Virus record (IMG/VR): IMGVR_UViG_3300027715_000010
Coordinates: 30,379 to 94,378 of that record
Strand: one strand, 5' to 3'
Source: a virus
Taxonomy: Duplodnaviria; Caudoviricetes
DNA length: 64,000 bases
Part shown: one piece after another, positions 30,871-40,560 of the stretch
Layout: every line of letters starts with the position of its first letter
How positions within the stretch are numbered: position 1 is the stretch's first letter
Notes under the pieces: model-generated
What the model was told of the DNA's origin: nothing
The model's database searches: none
What the model saw: the letters and a program-made list of their open reading frames with translations, nothing else
Program-made: the position numbers and the translations under genes

Positions 30871-31293
30871 TTATCTTACTCTTATTAAAGAAACTGTTTG
30901 TGTTATCGTTCCTAATTCTATGCGGCCAGTAATCTGAAAGGAAACTGTTATTCTTAACTCATTACCATCTGGATCTTCGTTTATCTCAACATCTTGAAGT
31001 ATTACACGTGGCTCCCAATTCTTTATAATGGTCTTAATCTCTTCAAATACCAAAGCTTTTGTAATATCGTCCAATGGCTCAAATAATGTAGCTTTTAATA
31101 ACGAACCAATCTCTGGATGGAAAGCTCTTTCGTAAAAACTTGTTTGCAAAAGATTAGATACACTTTGCTTAATAGCTTCTACGTCAGTCTTGGTTCTTAT
31201 GTCATTAGTTATCGGATGCTTTAGAAAGCTAACATCAATATCTTTATACTGATACGTTCCATTATTATCCGCTATTTTGTTAGATACTGCCAT
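30871..31293 (-). CDS. gp25: Baseplate wedge subunit gp25
   Basis: YKDIDVSF, AIKQSVSNLL, ERAFHPEIGS, WEPRV. Confidence 0.93.
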   Translation of the reverse strand: MAVSNKIADNNGTYQYKDIDVSFLKHPITNDIRTKTDVEAIKQSVSNLLQTSFYERAFHPEIGSLLKATLFEPLDDITKALVFEEIKTIIKNWEPRVILQDVEINEDPDGNELRITVSFQITGRIELGTITQTVSLIRVR

Positions 31294-31544
31294 AATTCTC
31301 TTGCACTTCCAAAGGTTAATAGTTCTGGTTCTTTTATAAACTCAATCTTATCTACATAAAACACCAGTATAAATGTATTGAAATCTAAACATATAACAGA
31401 ATCTTCTTGTGGTATAATAACTGGATCTAATGAGAATTTAGTATACCAATCATTAAGAAATCTCAAACTTTCAATTACAGTTAACTGGTCAATATGCTGT
31501 GTCTTCAATAAGTTATTTATACTATTGATTATATTTTGTTTCAT
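31272..31544 (-). CDS. Hypothetical protein
   Basis: Packed ORF, 90 aa. Confidence 0.55.
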   Translation of the reverse strand: MKQNIINSINNLLKTQHIDQLTVIESLRFLNDWYTKFSLDPVIIPQEDSVICLDFNTFILVFYVDKIEFIKEPELLTFGSARELWQYLTK

Positions 31545-31545
31545 A

Positions 31546-31755
31546 TTAAAAACCTAATTTTTCCATTCTTTTTTCAATAGCTTGCGCAACTGCTTCTTTA
31601 TATTCACACTCGGCATCTACTAATTCTTGACAGTGGTCTGGATCCCTATAACCATATTCTTCACGAGCTTGTTTTACTTTTGCTTTAAGTTCTTGGATAT
31701 TCTTTTGTTCTTGTACTTCATTGAATATCTTTGCTAATCTTGATTTGAATTCCAT
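31546..31755 (-). CDS. Hypothetical protein
   Basis: Packed ORF, 69 aa. Confidence 0.6.
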   Translation of the reverse strand: MEFKSRLAKIFNEVQEQKNIQELKAKVKQAREEYGYRDPDHCQELVDAECEYKEAVAQAIEKRMEKLGF

Positions 31756-32817
31756 TTACCTGCCCTCTTTAAAAACTATATAACATAATAAATGAGATGG
31801 TAGTATTCCACCACGGGTATTCCTAAAACTTATAACAAAATCCACCTTATCACCAACTAATCTAACTTCCACTTGCTTCTTACAATTATTCTTTGGATAG
31901 ATTACCTTAACTCTATTTATATTAGACCAATCAGCATTTACCGTGGAATCTATTCTTTTTATTGATAAACCTTTATAAAAATGTACCATATAATAATTAG
32001 TTCCAATAACAGAGGATATAAACTTGCGGATTCTATATATATTTACACTATTACTAACATCAACGATCTCATCACAACCTATTGAAGTTCCTTTATATCT
32101 TGTAAATGAAGATCTAAACTTGTTGGTATCTATTCCAAAGAACTCTAATAGTTTCTTTGCATTATCAGAAAACTTGCCAGTTCTATAACTACTTACTGGT
32201 ATCAATCCAATTATACTATTGTTAATTAAGGATATTCTATTACCATATTTTAGAGATAGGTTTATCCGTCTGTACTTAGTATATAATTGAATATCAGCTA
32301 CTGCATTACCAACATCGGATAAATCGCATTCAGAATCTATTAGACCACTTACGATACTTTTATTTTTGATTATCAATGGTCTAAATGGTTTATAACCAGC
32401 AGAGTTGCTTATAGTGTTTATTTTATATTTGTTAATGAAATCAATCAGTTCTTTATACTTACCAGTTCTTGTTATTAGATTCCGATAAACATCATCTTCA
32501 AACTTATTACCTTGATTACCTTTTGGTTCTCCACCGAAGTCTTCTGATTTTAGTAGATATCCAAGATTATATCTATTGTTTATGGTAACCCTTGCTTTGT
32601 TTGGTATTTTATCAAAGAACTTAATTAGTCTATTTTCAAACTGTCTATGAGTACTTTTACCAACTGTTATTGTGATATCTTCATATTGTAAAGAATCTAT
32701 TTTAATATACTTTTGGTCTATAGTCTTTAATGATTGTCCGTGGTAGATCTTATCCGCAAGTATGCAAATTCTATCAATACCATATTTTTTAATCTCATAA
32801 AGACTAAGTGCTGTCAT
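31756..32817 (-). CDS. Putative PD-(D/E)xK-like nuclease
   Basis: GNQGNKFE...VADIQL...INLSLKYG; basic protein. Confidence 0.55.
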   Translation of the reverse strand: MTALSLYEIKKYGIDRICILADKIYHGQSLKTIDQKYIKIDSLQYEDITITVGKSTHRQFENRLIKFFDKIPNKARVTINNRYNLGYLLKSEDFGGEPKGNQGNKFEDDVYRNLITRTGKYKELIDFINKYKINTISNSAGYKPFRPLIIKNKSIVSGLIDSECDLSDVGNAVADIQLYTKYRRINLSLKYGNRISLINNSIIGLIPVSSYRTGKFSDNAKKLLEFFGIDTNKFRSSFTRYKGTSIGCDEIVDVSNSVNIYRIRKFISSVIGTNYYMVHFYKGLSIKRIDSTVNADWSNINRVKVIYPKNNCKKQVEVRLVGDKVDFVISFRNTRGGILPSHLLCYIVFKEGR

Positions 32818-33632
32818 TAGCTAAACCTTTTCTTAAAGACTCTACTTTGTGTATTGCCAGTATTCTTTTTTGACAACTGGGTATCCACTGCCGGTGTTAT
32901 TAAGTCAGATACATCTTGTCCTTTACCTGGATCTTTACTTGTTGGTGTTGTACCATTATTTGCCCAGTCAACCGTTCCATTAGATATTGCACCAGAACCT
33001 AAACTATTAGCAACGATATTACCTGTTAGAGTAAAATCTACTATATGGCATTTTCTAATAGTTGTTTGTGCTGATTGCAGATTTATAGCTCCAGATAATA
33101 TGGTTTGATAACTTACACCTTCTATCTGATGATTAGTTGCTCTTGATACATAGTCACCTTCTACCCGTAAGGTATAATTACCATTGACGATCTGAGTATA
33201 GTTACCACCAACTTTTTCTGTAATATCACCCTGGACTAGAAGATTGCAATCACCATTGACAATAACATTACGATTACCACCAACGATTACCGCATTATCT
33301 GCAAGTATTATCTCAAAACCATCACCAAAAACTTTAGTTACTTTGGATCCATCAGGACTAATCTCATAAAAGGTTCCAGATCTGTGCATCTCAAAGATAC
33401 GTTCTTTACCGGGGGTATCATCATATTCTTTAATGTGACCAGATTCCGTTGTATTAACGTGGTTATATGGATACTTTGGAGCAGACTGAGTTGCTGGTTC
33501 CTCTATGGTAGAATCTGTGGCAGTCTTTGCCGTGGTTATGCGAACTTCATTTTGAAAAGCAACCTTGGTTCTATCATCACCAGTAGCTAACTCATTGATA
33601 TCATTTGCTGGATTTATTAAAAAGGTTTTCAT
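32817..33632 (-). CDS. gp5 C-terminal part (beta-helix needle)
   Basis: YPYNHVNTTESGHIKEYDDTPGKERIFEMHRSGTFYEI plus V.G(N/D) beta-helix repeats. Confidence 0.9.
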   Translation of the reverse strand: MKTFLINPANDINELATGDDRTKVAFQNEVRITTAKTATDSTIEEPATQSAPKYPYNHVNTTESGHIKEYDDTPGKERIFEMHRSGTFYEISPDGSKVTKVFGDGFEIILADNAVIVGGNRNVIVNGDCNLLVQGDITEKVGGNYTQIVNGNYTLRVEGDYVSRATNHQIEGVSYQTILSGAINLQSAQTTIRKCHIVDFTLTGNIVANSLGSGAISNGTVDWANNGTTPTSKDPGKGQDVSDLITPAVDTQLSKKNTGNTQSRVFKKRFS

Positions 33633-33636
33633 TATT

Positions 33637-35154
33637 CTAATTCCATTCTATTGTTTCTACCACAGAAGATCCAGTTAGTATCGGTGTTGGATCTATACTT
33701 GGTACATTATCATCTAATAATTCATTTGCTCTTAGTTCTAAATGTAAATTATTCGTTCCAGCAGTTCCTATAACTTGTCCCTTACCAACAATATCATTGA
33801 CTGATACTAATATAGAACCAAGTAAACCATACCTTGCTGCCGTTCCGTTCTTATGTTTAATCACTACAAGGTTACCATAGCTTTCATAATTACCAGCAAA
33901 AGTAACCACACCGGTATCTACTGCATTTATCATAGTTCCAGTTGGTGCTTCTATATCAACACCTTTATGAAAAGATATAACTTGTTGGGATAATGGATTC
34001 TTTCTCAATCCATAATTGGTAATAATAGAACCATCTACTGGCATCTGTACTTTACCAATCATATTGTTTGCCAATCCAAGTAATGTAGTGATATTAGAAT
34101 TGCTTATCTGTGTAGGGATTGATTGCTTCATAGTAGTTACTTGGTTATATGCTGTCATTACATTAGCATTTACCGTATTATACATTGCAATAAGATCCGA
34201 TACCGAAGTTCCACCAACACTAATAGCTTTTAGCGCAGCGTCAATAATCGGTGTCATTGGTATAGTTGAAAACTGAGAAACACCAACAAAACTTTGATTA
34301 AATTGTATCAGCTCCGTCTTTACAGCTTCAACCTTGTTTATCTTATCTACTGTTGGTGTGAATACTGTAAATCTACCAAGAATAGACTTGGCACTATATA
34401 AATTGTCTGTAAAGTTGCCCGAACCATTTATCTTATTGATTGCTTCCCCAACTAATGCTTGTGTTGTTAGAATCTCATTGAAACCTGTTAGATTACTATT
34501 AACTCCAGAAACATTGTTAAGTGTAGTAACTAACTGAGCAAGATTAGTCTGAGTTCCACTATTAAGCATTCCATCAATTAGATTGATAGATTCTTGTATG
34601 CCAGAAGATACATAACTAGCACCGTTAAGATTCTGTAGTTCCGTTTTAGCTAAATCACTTATTCCAATTAAATCTGCTTGTAAGCTATCTAATTCATTAA
34701 TATAATTTACTTCATCGTTTGAAGTTCCAATGAAATGACTGTTATCTGGTACTGGACTACCTTCCGTATAATCAGGTTCTGGCACAATCGGATAGGTGCC
34801 AGAGGGATCCGAAAAGCCTTCTGATAGATCTACTGCAGAGACACGCACTCCAGGCAAGGATCCAAGTATCATAGGTATTTGTGCTGACTCACCATCTATG
34901 AAGAATCCGAAAACACGAGTTCCTTCTATTGGACCGATTGGAGCAGATCCAACACCTGATATGCTAGCAGCTGTAATTGGTAGAATAGGGGAAGCCCAAG
35001 GCAAGTCTTCCGTGGGTAAGTCATTTTTGTTTTCTGTATGGTAACCAATAATTCTAACACGAACTCTACCCATACGTAAAGGATCGTTGCGATCTTCTAC
35101 TACACCGAAGAACCAATAGAATCCATTTCTACCTAGAAATCTGTTGTCTTGCAT
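33637..35154 (-). CDS. gp5: gp5 N-terminal OB-fold fused to a degenerate M23 peptidase domain
   Basis: WFFGVVEDRNDPLRMGRVRVR, LPWA, GFFIDG; C-terminal HKGVDI...YGNLVVIKH...V..GQVIG. Confidence 0.88.
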   Translation of the reverse strand: MQDNRFLGRNGFYWFFGVVEDRNDPLRMGRVRVRIIGYHTENKNDLPTEDLPWASPILPITAASISGVGSAPIGPIEGTRVFGFFIDGESAQIPMILGSLPGVRVSAVDLSEGFSDPSGTYPIVPEPDYTEGSPVPDNSHFIGTSNDEVNYINELDSLQADLIGISDLAKTELQNLNGASYVSSGIQESINLIDGMLNSGTQTNLAQLVTTLNNVSGVNSNLTGFNEILTTQALVGEAINKINGSGNFTDNLYSAKSILGRFTVFTPTVDKINKVEAVKTELIQFNQSFVGVSQFSTIPMTPIIDAALKAISVGGTSVSDLIAMYNTVNANVMTAYNQVTTMKQSIPTQISNSNITTLLGLANNMIGKVQMPVDGSIITNYGLRKNPLSQQVISFHKGVDIEAPTGTMINAVDTGVVTFAGNYESYGNLVVIKHKNGTAARYGLLGSILVSVNDIVGKGQVIGTAGTNNLHLELRANELLDDNVPSIDPTPILTGSSVVETIEWN

Positions 35155-36560
35155 TATAATTTAATCCCCATTAGATTCTCTACGTTATCCCTTATTACTT
35201 CAATTCGCATTAAGTAACTTGTTCTTGTTATAATATGTCTAACTGCTGTAATCAAGTATTTCCCACTATAGAACTTATTCAGATCTACTTGTTTTTGAAC
35301 TCCGTTACCGTCTTGTACCATTTTAGTATCATATATTTCTATATTAACTATGTCCCCAACTGTATATAACGAGTTTGCGTTGATTGTCAAATGAATTCTG
35401 TTATTATTTAGAATCTGTCTATAAACTAACCTATTCATAACATATTGCTCTGGTAAAGTAATCTCTGACGGCATATCATCATAAAGAACTGGGCAAGTTG
35501 GTATAGCTTTAAGACAAGCATCGTTTTGATTTATAACACGATCTATCATATTTTCTGGCAGTAACTTTTGACCACCAGACATATTGTCATAGTCTGCAAA
35601 GTATTCCTGATAGTTAGATTTTATATCATTTATATCTCCGGTGTTGATATTATATGATAAAACACGATTGGAATACATACCATTTCTAAAGTTCTGCACA
35701 ATGTTATAGTTCTCTGGAAAGCCTAGTTCGTGTATTAGATCCTTTTTGACACCATTATTAGAATACATTATCTCACGGTGTTTTTCTACATTATCACGAA
35801 GTCCATAAAGAAAAGTGCCTTTTGGATCTGCATAAGATAACTTTTCTATTGGTGTGAAGTTATATCCACGTTTATTCTCAAAGAAAAAGTAATTAGCAGA
35901 TACTTGTTTTCCTTTGGTGTTTATGTATTCACCAATGGAACGTGAAGCTAACCAAGTAATCATTTCAAAAGGACTTTTATAAGTTCCAATAACACTATCA
36001 TCAAACTTGGTTGGCTCTATTGTAATACTCTTTCTGTCATATTCTTCTTTACGACCTGTTAGTGGTAAACCTAATCCATAAGGTTCTTTGCTGGTCAATA
36101 ATTCCTTTACAATATCAGATGCTTTCATATTACGATAAGACTTAGTTATCTTCAACCGCATATCTTCAAGTGCATCCTTAGTAACTAGATCCAGGGTATA
36201 GGTCTTTAAATCTTCTTTTTCTTGTATAATGTTTCTTAAACGAACGATAATAAACTCTTTTACATAACCATCAAATATATCTTTTGGTTTATAATTCATA
36301 GACTTAAACTTAATTCTGATGGTCTCAAATCCGGTAATAGGTAGCATATCAAGAAAGCATTTATCATCAGCTATCTTTATAGTTGCTGATATTGCTGGTC
36401 TAATTAGATCTTCGTAGACTTCAATTTCTGTAATTATCCTTTTAATATCATATATATCATTAGAGTTAGATACCAACTGGATATAGTCAATCTCAGCAAG
36501 ATTCTTCTGTAATGCAGTACTTTCATTAGAGTTAATTCTTGTTTTTACATCACCGGACAT
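35154..36560 (-). CDS. Baseplate hub protein (gp27-like)
   Basis: IEVYEDL, LPITGFE, YFFFEN..GYNF, VGDIVNI, SGKYLITAVRH; between gp53 and gp5. Confidence 0.8.
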   Translation of the reverse strand: MSGDVKTRINSNESTALQKNLAEIDYIQLVSNSNDIYDIKRIITEIEVYEDLIRPAISATIKIADDKCFLDMLPITGFETIRIKFKSMNYKPKDIFDGYVKEFIIVRLRNIIQEKEDLKTYTLDLVTKDALEDMRLKITKSYRNMKASDIVKELLTSKEPYGLGLPLTGRKEEYDRKSITIEPTKFDDSVIGTYKSPFEMITWLASRSIGEYINTKGKQVSANYFFFENKRGYNFTPIEKLSYADPKGTFLYGLRDNVEKHREIMYSNNGVKKDLIHELGFPENYNIVQNFRNGMYSNRVLSYNINTGDINDIKSNYQEYFADYDNMSGGQKLLPENMIDRVINQNDACLKAIPTCPVLYDDMPSEITLPEQYVMNRLVYRQILNNNRIHLTINANSLYTVGDIVNIEIYDTKMVQDGNGVQKQVDLNKFYSGKYLITAVRHIITRTSYLMRIEVIRDNVENLMGIKL

Positions 36561-36561
36561 A

Positions 36562-37071
36562 TTAGTTAACCTTTAAGAGTTTCTCTATATCTCTTTCAAA
36601 TTGTTTTAAGTATGTTGGATTGATTACTTTGATTTGTCTTTTAGTTTCATTGATAGCAGACTCATACTCTTCATTAGTTACTGCAACAATCCAATCAGCA
36701 GGTATAAAATCTGAGTTTACTACTGTTCCTGCTGGTAACTGTGGTTCCGAAGCACTTGTTGTTTCATAATGATGAACTAAAGATCCATTATAAGAACCAT
36801 ACTTTTTGTCTATATATCTTGTTAGTTCTACTGAAGATAAAATCCAGTCAAATTGTGGATTTATTATATTATTCAATAGGATAATAACCCAGTGATATTC
36901 TGCATTACCATAGAGTTTATAAGCAACCGTTTCTGGTTTCTCACCGTCTTGCACAACATAATAAGTAAAGTACTGTTGTGGTAACTGGTTATTACTAATC
37001 ACACGTTGCAGTAAGTTTGTGCAGATTGTATTATTATATGTTATTAGATTAAACTTCTCAAAATAAGCCAT
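36562..37071 (-). CDS. gp53: Baseplate wedge gp53 (LysM-like)
   Basis: YFEKF, DGEKPETVAYKLYG, HWVIILLNNI, HHYET. Confidence 0.92.
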   Translation of the reverse strand: MAYFEKFNLITYNNTICTNLLQRVISNNQLPQQYFTYYVVQDGEKPETVAYKLYGNAEYHWVIILLNNIINPQFDWILSSVELTRYIDKKYGSYNGSLVHHYETTSASEPQLPAGTVVNSDFIPADWIVAVTNEEYESAINETKRQIKVINPTYLKQFERDIEKLLKVN

Positions 37072-37081
37072 TATATAACTC

Positions 37082-37771
37082 CTATCTAAAATCTTCTTTG
37101 GTTACGATCTTTTGTTCTGAGAACTTAAGTTCTAATGATACTTTTGCTGGCATACCTGTATAAAATCCAGTATCAAGATTCTCAAAGGTTGGTATGCAAG
37201 AAGTGCAAACTACCTCTGGTTGTATCTTTGGTAGAAAAGCAGCAGACTTACCTTGAAAGGTTATATTAAATACAGATGGATAATCTAAGGTTCCCTCGGT
37301 TTCTTTATCTCCACCTGGTGAGCTATGAAACTGGAAGAACTTAATGATTGCCATAATAGCATCTTGGTCTTCTACTGATTGTGGTATTAGGTTATACTTA
37401 AAGTCAAAGACACGCATATCCATACCTTCAAAGTATAGTGTCATAAATGTATTGGCTACAATACCAGCAGACTTAGTTAATCCAGCACCTTTTGTTCCAG
37501 TCAGACCTGTGGTAAATGATGTTGCAGTTGCTGCAGCACCACCGATTATACCGGTATCTTCACCACCAATCAATTTGTTTATTCTACCTGTATCAGCTGC
37601 ATATCTTGGACTTACTGGATTTGCCATAGATTCTGGTAATGGTAATAAAACAGAGTTATAACCGATATTTCCACCACGATTTAAGGAACCAGCTGGTGCT
37701 TTGGCAATAAACAATGTTTTACCAATAATTTTATCATTACGAAGATTTGCTGGATATTGTACTGTAGCCAT
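37082..37771 (-). CDS. gp48: Baseplate tail tube cap gp48-like
   Basis: LPLP, FEGMDMRVFDFKYNLIPQS, LELKFSE. Confidence 0.85.
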   Translation of the reverse strand: MATVQYPANLRNDKIIGKTLFIAKAPAGSLNRGGNIGYNSVLLPLPESMANPVSPRYAADTGRINKLIGGEDTGIIGGAAATATSFTTGLTGTKGAGLTKSAGIVANTFMTLYFEGMDMRVFDFKYNLIPQSVEDQDAIMAIIKFFQFHSSPGGDKETEGTLDYPSVFNITFQGKSAAFLPKIQPEVVCTSCIPTFENLDTGFYTGMPAKVSLELKFSEQKIVTKEDFR

Positions 37772-37776
37772 TTTAT

Positions 37777-38028
37777 TTACTCATTTACTTTCTTGTTGAT
37801 TTTGTCTTCAAAACTTGAGAATCCAACATACGCACCAACGATTGATGTCATACCGATAAAATACCAAGTAAGAATCTCGTCCATTGCAACCAACTTTGAC
37901 TCTGGACATATTGCTAACAAAAGAACTGTCAATGGCATACTAACAAGAGCGAACCAAGCCATTCTTTTTCTTTGCGTTCTTTTATTCGGAACTTTTTCAT
38001 TACCCATTTCTACTACCTCATTTTCCAT
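37777..38028 (-). CDS. Two-TM small membrane protein (holin-like candidate)
   Basis: RKRMAWFALVSM...WYFIGMTSIVGAYVG; charged termini. Confidence 0.55.
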   Translation of the reverse strand: MENEVVEMGNEKVPNKRTQRKRMAWFALVSMPLTVLLLAICPESKLVAMDEILTWYFIGMTSIVGAYVGFSSFEDKINKKVNE

Positions 38029-38197
38029 TTAATCGTTCCTCTTCCTTTTTTATATAATCTTCTAATAATGAAATATACACTTCCCTCTCGTATGGTATCA
38101 TATTTTCAAGCTCACTTATCGTAAAATTGTGTAGCTTTACTAAGTTAAAGTTGGTGGTGTAGTAAGCCGATAAACTTTCAGCACCAACTAATATCAT
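38018..38197 (-). CDS. gp51: Baseplate hub assembly chaperone gp51 (59 aa)
   Basis: Manual ORF MILVGAESLSAYYTTNFNLVKLHNFTISELENMIPYEREVYISLLEDYIKKEEERLNGK; ATGA overlap with gp26. Confidence 0.88.
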   Translation of the reverse strand: MILVGAESLSAYYTTNFNLVKLHNFTISELENMIPYEREVYISLLEDYIKKEEERLNGK

Positions 38198-38889
38198 AAA
38201 AAATTGGATAGACCTTCCAACTCTATCTTAATATGCTTTCCACATTTACAATCATATTCTATAACACCAAGCAATCTTGGTAGATTCTCAAAGAATTCAA
38301 TAAGTTGCTTGAATTGTGATATCTCTAACTTATCTAAGAACTCAACATATTCCTCTGGAGTTGTTGTCTTAGAATCATATACCTTATCACCAGAAAAAAC
38401 ACATTCTATACAGTTTGCAATGAACTTGATATTATCACCTTCGTCTAGTGTTGCAAACTTTTCAGCTGTGGTAAATGTTGGGTATTGTAAAACAATTCCA
38501 ACAGTATCACTAATCATTATTTTGTTATCTATTTTCTTATTATTCTGTACTTTTACCTCATTAAGGTTAAAAGCGATTGCTTTCTTTTCTTTGCAATCTT
38601 TACAAGTATTAATAAGATTTATAACTTCCCCTTTGGATTTCATTCTTGTATGTAAGAATATAAACTCAATATCCGTAATCGGTAAGTTATCAAGATCTAC
38701 TTCTGTCAATATGCAATTACGTAATACTTGCTTTACAGACTCAATTCTATTCTTTGTATCAGACTCATTCTGTGCAAGTAATAGAATCTTTTCATCTTTT
38801 ACCAAAAATGGTCTATACTTGATATCTTTACCACTAACTGGTAATTTCAAAGTATAGGTTGGTGTTGTTATTATATTATTTAATGTCAT
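38194..38889 (-). CDS. gp26: Baseplate hub assembly chaperone gp26
   Basis: PTYTLKLP, KYRPFLVKDEKILL, DIEFIFL..RMKSKGE, CxxC...CxC, LEGLSNF. Confidence 0.93.
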   Translation of the reverse strand: MTLNNIITTPTYTLKLPVSGKDIKYRPFLVKDEKILLLAQNESDTKNRIESVKQVLRNCILTEVDLDNLPITDIEFIFLHTRMKSKGEVINLINTCKDCKEKKAIAFNLNEVKVQNNKKIDNKIMISDTVGIVLQYPTFTTAEKFATLDEGDNIKFIANCIECVFSGDKVYDSKTTTPEEYVEFLDKLEISQFKQLIEFFENLPRLLGVIEYDCKCGKHIKIELEGLSNFL

Positions 38890-38905
38890 TATCTAGTCTC
38901 CGTTG

Positions 38906-39457
38906 TTAAGTATGTTTAATTTCTTGTAGGTTATAAAATGTAAAGGTTACTGGTAAAAGCACTATAGCATTATCTTGGCTCATATTGTAATCTATATCAC
39001 CGATATTAAGTGGATATGCATTGATTAACTTTACCCCACCAGTTGTCTTCCCTTCTAGATCCAGTGTTAGGATCTCAATATCTTTTACATAGTCCTCTAA
39101 AAACTTTGCTGTGTTAGTAGTTCTATCAAAGGTTTCGTCCATCCAATTAACAAAATAATCACGTTCCTTTCCGGACTCACTTAGAATAAACTCCATCGTA
39201 GCATCTCCAAAAGTACGATTTGCAGCTATTTTCTTATGTAATTCACCAAAGTGCTTTAAGTCATTGGTTCCAGTTGTAATACCTGGTAACTTTACTCTTT
39301 GACAAGCCAAGGTTAGGTATCTAGTATTAGTATCAACAATGTTTATAATAAACCTATTCTGTCTGGCTCCATTGACTGCTACACCAAGGAACTCTTGCAT
39401 TATGTTTTTATTTACCCATCTTAAAGATGACTGTGTTATTCTTTCAGAATTACTCAT
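38906..39457 (-). CDS. Tail tube-like baseplate protein (gp54/gp19 paralog)
   Basis: ARQNRF, LPG, LINAYPLNIG, VTFTF. Confidence 0.8.
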   Translation of the reverse strand: MSNSERITQSSLRWVNKNIMQEFLGVAVNGARQNRFIINIVDTNTRYLTLACQRVKLPGITTGTNDLKHFGELHKKIAANRTFGDATMEFILSESGKERDYFVNWMDETFDRTTNTAKFLEDYVKDIEILTLDLEGKTTGGVKLINAYPLNIGDIDYNMSQDNAIVLLPVTFTFYNLQEIKHT

Positions 39458-40068
39458 TATTTCTTCCTTATACCTCTGATACTATCCGACCATACACCAG
39501 AGTTAGAACTTCTAACAAAGCTTTCGTATGGTAGAAATATAGCTGGTTCCCATTCGTCCGAGGATATTTTAGCTATACCACTTCTTAACTGACTAAACAA
39601 GTATCTCTTTACACAAGGCTTCACTAAGTCAAACTTAGAAAATCCTTTAAGTGTTTGGTATGTTGCATTAATCTTTACTTTTGTTGGCATACTTTTATTA
39701 CTTGCAAATGCCATCAAAGCATCTAATAATATAGCTCTTAACTTTGGTGGTAAGTAATGTAGATTTAATCCAAGGAATCCATCTTCATAACTACCAATAA
39801 TAAAAATCAAAGGGAATCTATCCCAATAAGGTAATGTCTCGTCCCACTTAGCAAAGTAAGCAAAAGTGTACATAAAACCTATACCAGGACTTCTAGCAAG
39901 CATCTTATTGGTTGCTTGAGCATCTGACATAACTCGTTGAAAAGCAGACTTACCGAGTAAAGATACTTTCTTTCTAAACCAATCCATAGAATCCGTGGAC
40001 ATCTTACGAAGTCCAATAGCATCCCTTTGCTTGGTTAATTTACCTAAAAATGTCTCTGTTTGAGCCAT
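39457..40068 (-). CDS. gp2: DNA end protector gp2
   Basis: LPYWDRFPL, GLNLHYLPP, CVKRYL. Confidence 0.93.
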   Translation of the reverse strand: MAQTETFLGKLTKQRDAIGLRKMSTDSMDWFRKKVSLLGKSAFQRVMSDAQATNKMLARSPGIGFMYTFAYFAKWDETLPYWDRFPLIFIIGSYEDGFLGLNLHYLPPKLRAILLDALMAFASNKSMPTKVKINATYQTLKGFSKFDLVKPCVKRYLFSQLRSGIAKISSDEWEPAIFLPYESFVRSSNSGVWSDSIRGIRKK

Positions 40069-40514
40069 TAAATACCTATCTCTTTTTCTGTTAGTATTCT
40101 AAATTCCCAACCGTGTTTGTCGGCAAATTCCTTTGCAGACTTCCACTTACTATTATTTATACCCCAAGTAGTTAGCTCAGTTATATATCTTTTCATCTGC
40201 CTTTTACTTTTTAGTTCTGGCTGTATAGTTTGACAAAATGGCTTTACTTCAATTAGACTTGTTCGTATATTTCCCTTAGTATCCTTATACTTAATAATAA
40301 AATCAACAAAGTATCTATGTGCTCTATTATCAACTGGACTTATGTAATCAACTATTACCTCTTCAGAAGACCATTGTAGAATACTTGGATGCTGGTCAAA
40401 ATACAAAGCACAACGCAATTCCCAGGAACTGCGGAATACTATATTCTTTACATTACCAACATACTTTTCTGGATGCTTTGGAGTAAACTTACCTTGTCTA
40501 TAGTGTCTTGCCAC
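40068..40514 (-). CDS. gp4: Head completion nuclease gp4
   Basis: Start revised to GTG 40514 (AAGGA upstream); PEKYVG, FRSSWE, WSSEE, HRYFVDF, IEVKP. Confidence 0.93.
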   Translation of the reverse strand: MARHYRQGKFTPKHPEKYVGNVKNIVFRSSWELRCALYFDQHPSILQWSSEEVIVDYISPVDNRAHRYFVDFIIKYKDTKGNIRTSLIEVKPFCQTIQPELKSKRQMKRYITELTTWGINNSKWKSAKEFADKHGWEFRILTEKEIGI

Positions 40515-40526
40515 AACTACTGTCCT

Positions 40527-40560
40527 TATAAATAAAAGTGTATCATACCAACTATTTATA
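40527..40560. promoter_or_regulatory. Face-to-face late promoters (plus 40527-40534; minus 40553-40560)
   Basis: TATAAATA on each strand between the divergent gp4 and tape measure genes. Confidence 0.75.

Noticed and set aside
33630-33640. Stop-codon reassignment or TAG readthrough joining the gp5 halves
   Set aside because: The downstream ORF is in a different frame, and core genes are full length in the standard code.
38204-38857. 217-aa plus-strand ORF and other antisense ORFs in the track (e.g. 4272-4607, 21545-21925, 40631-41074, 43868-44242)
   Set aside because: Shadow frames of well-supported genes, with no recognisable motifs.
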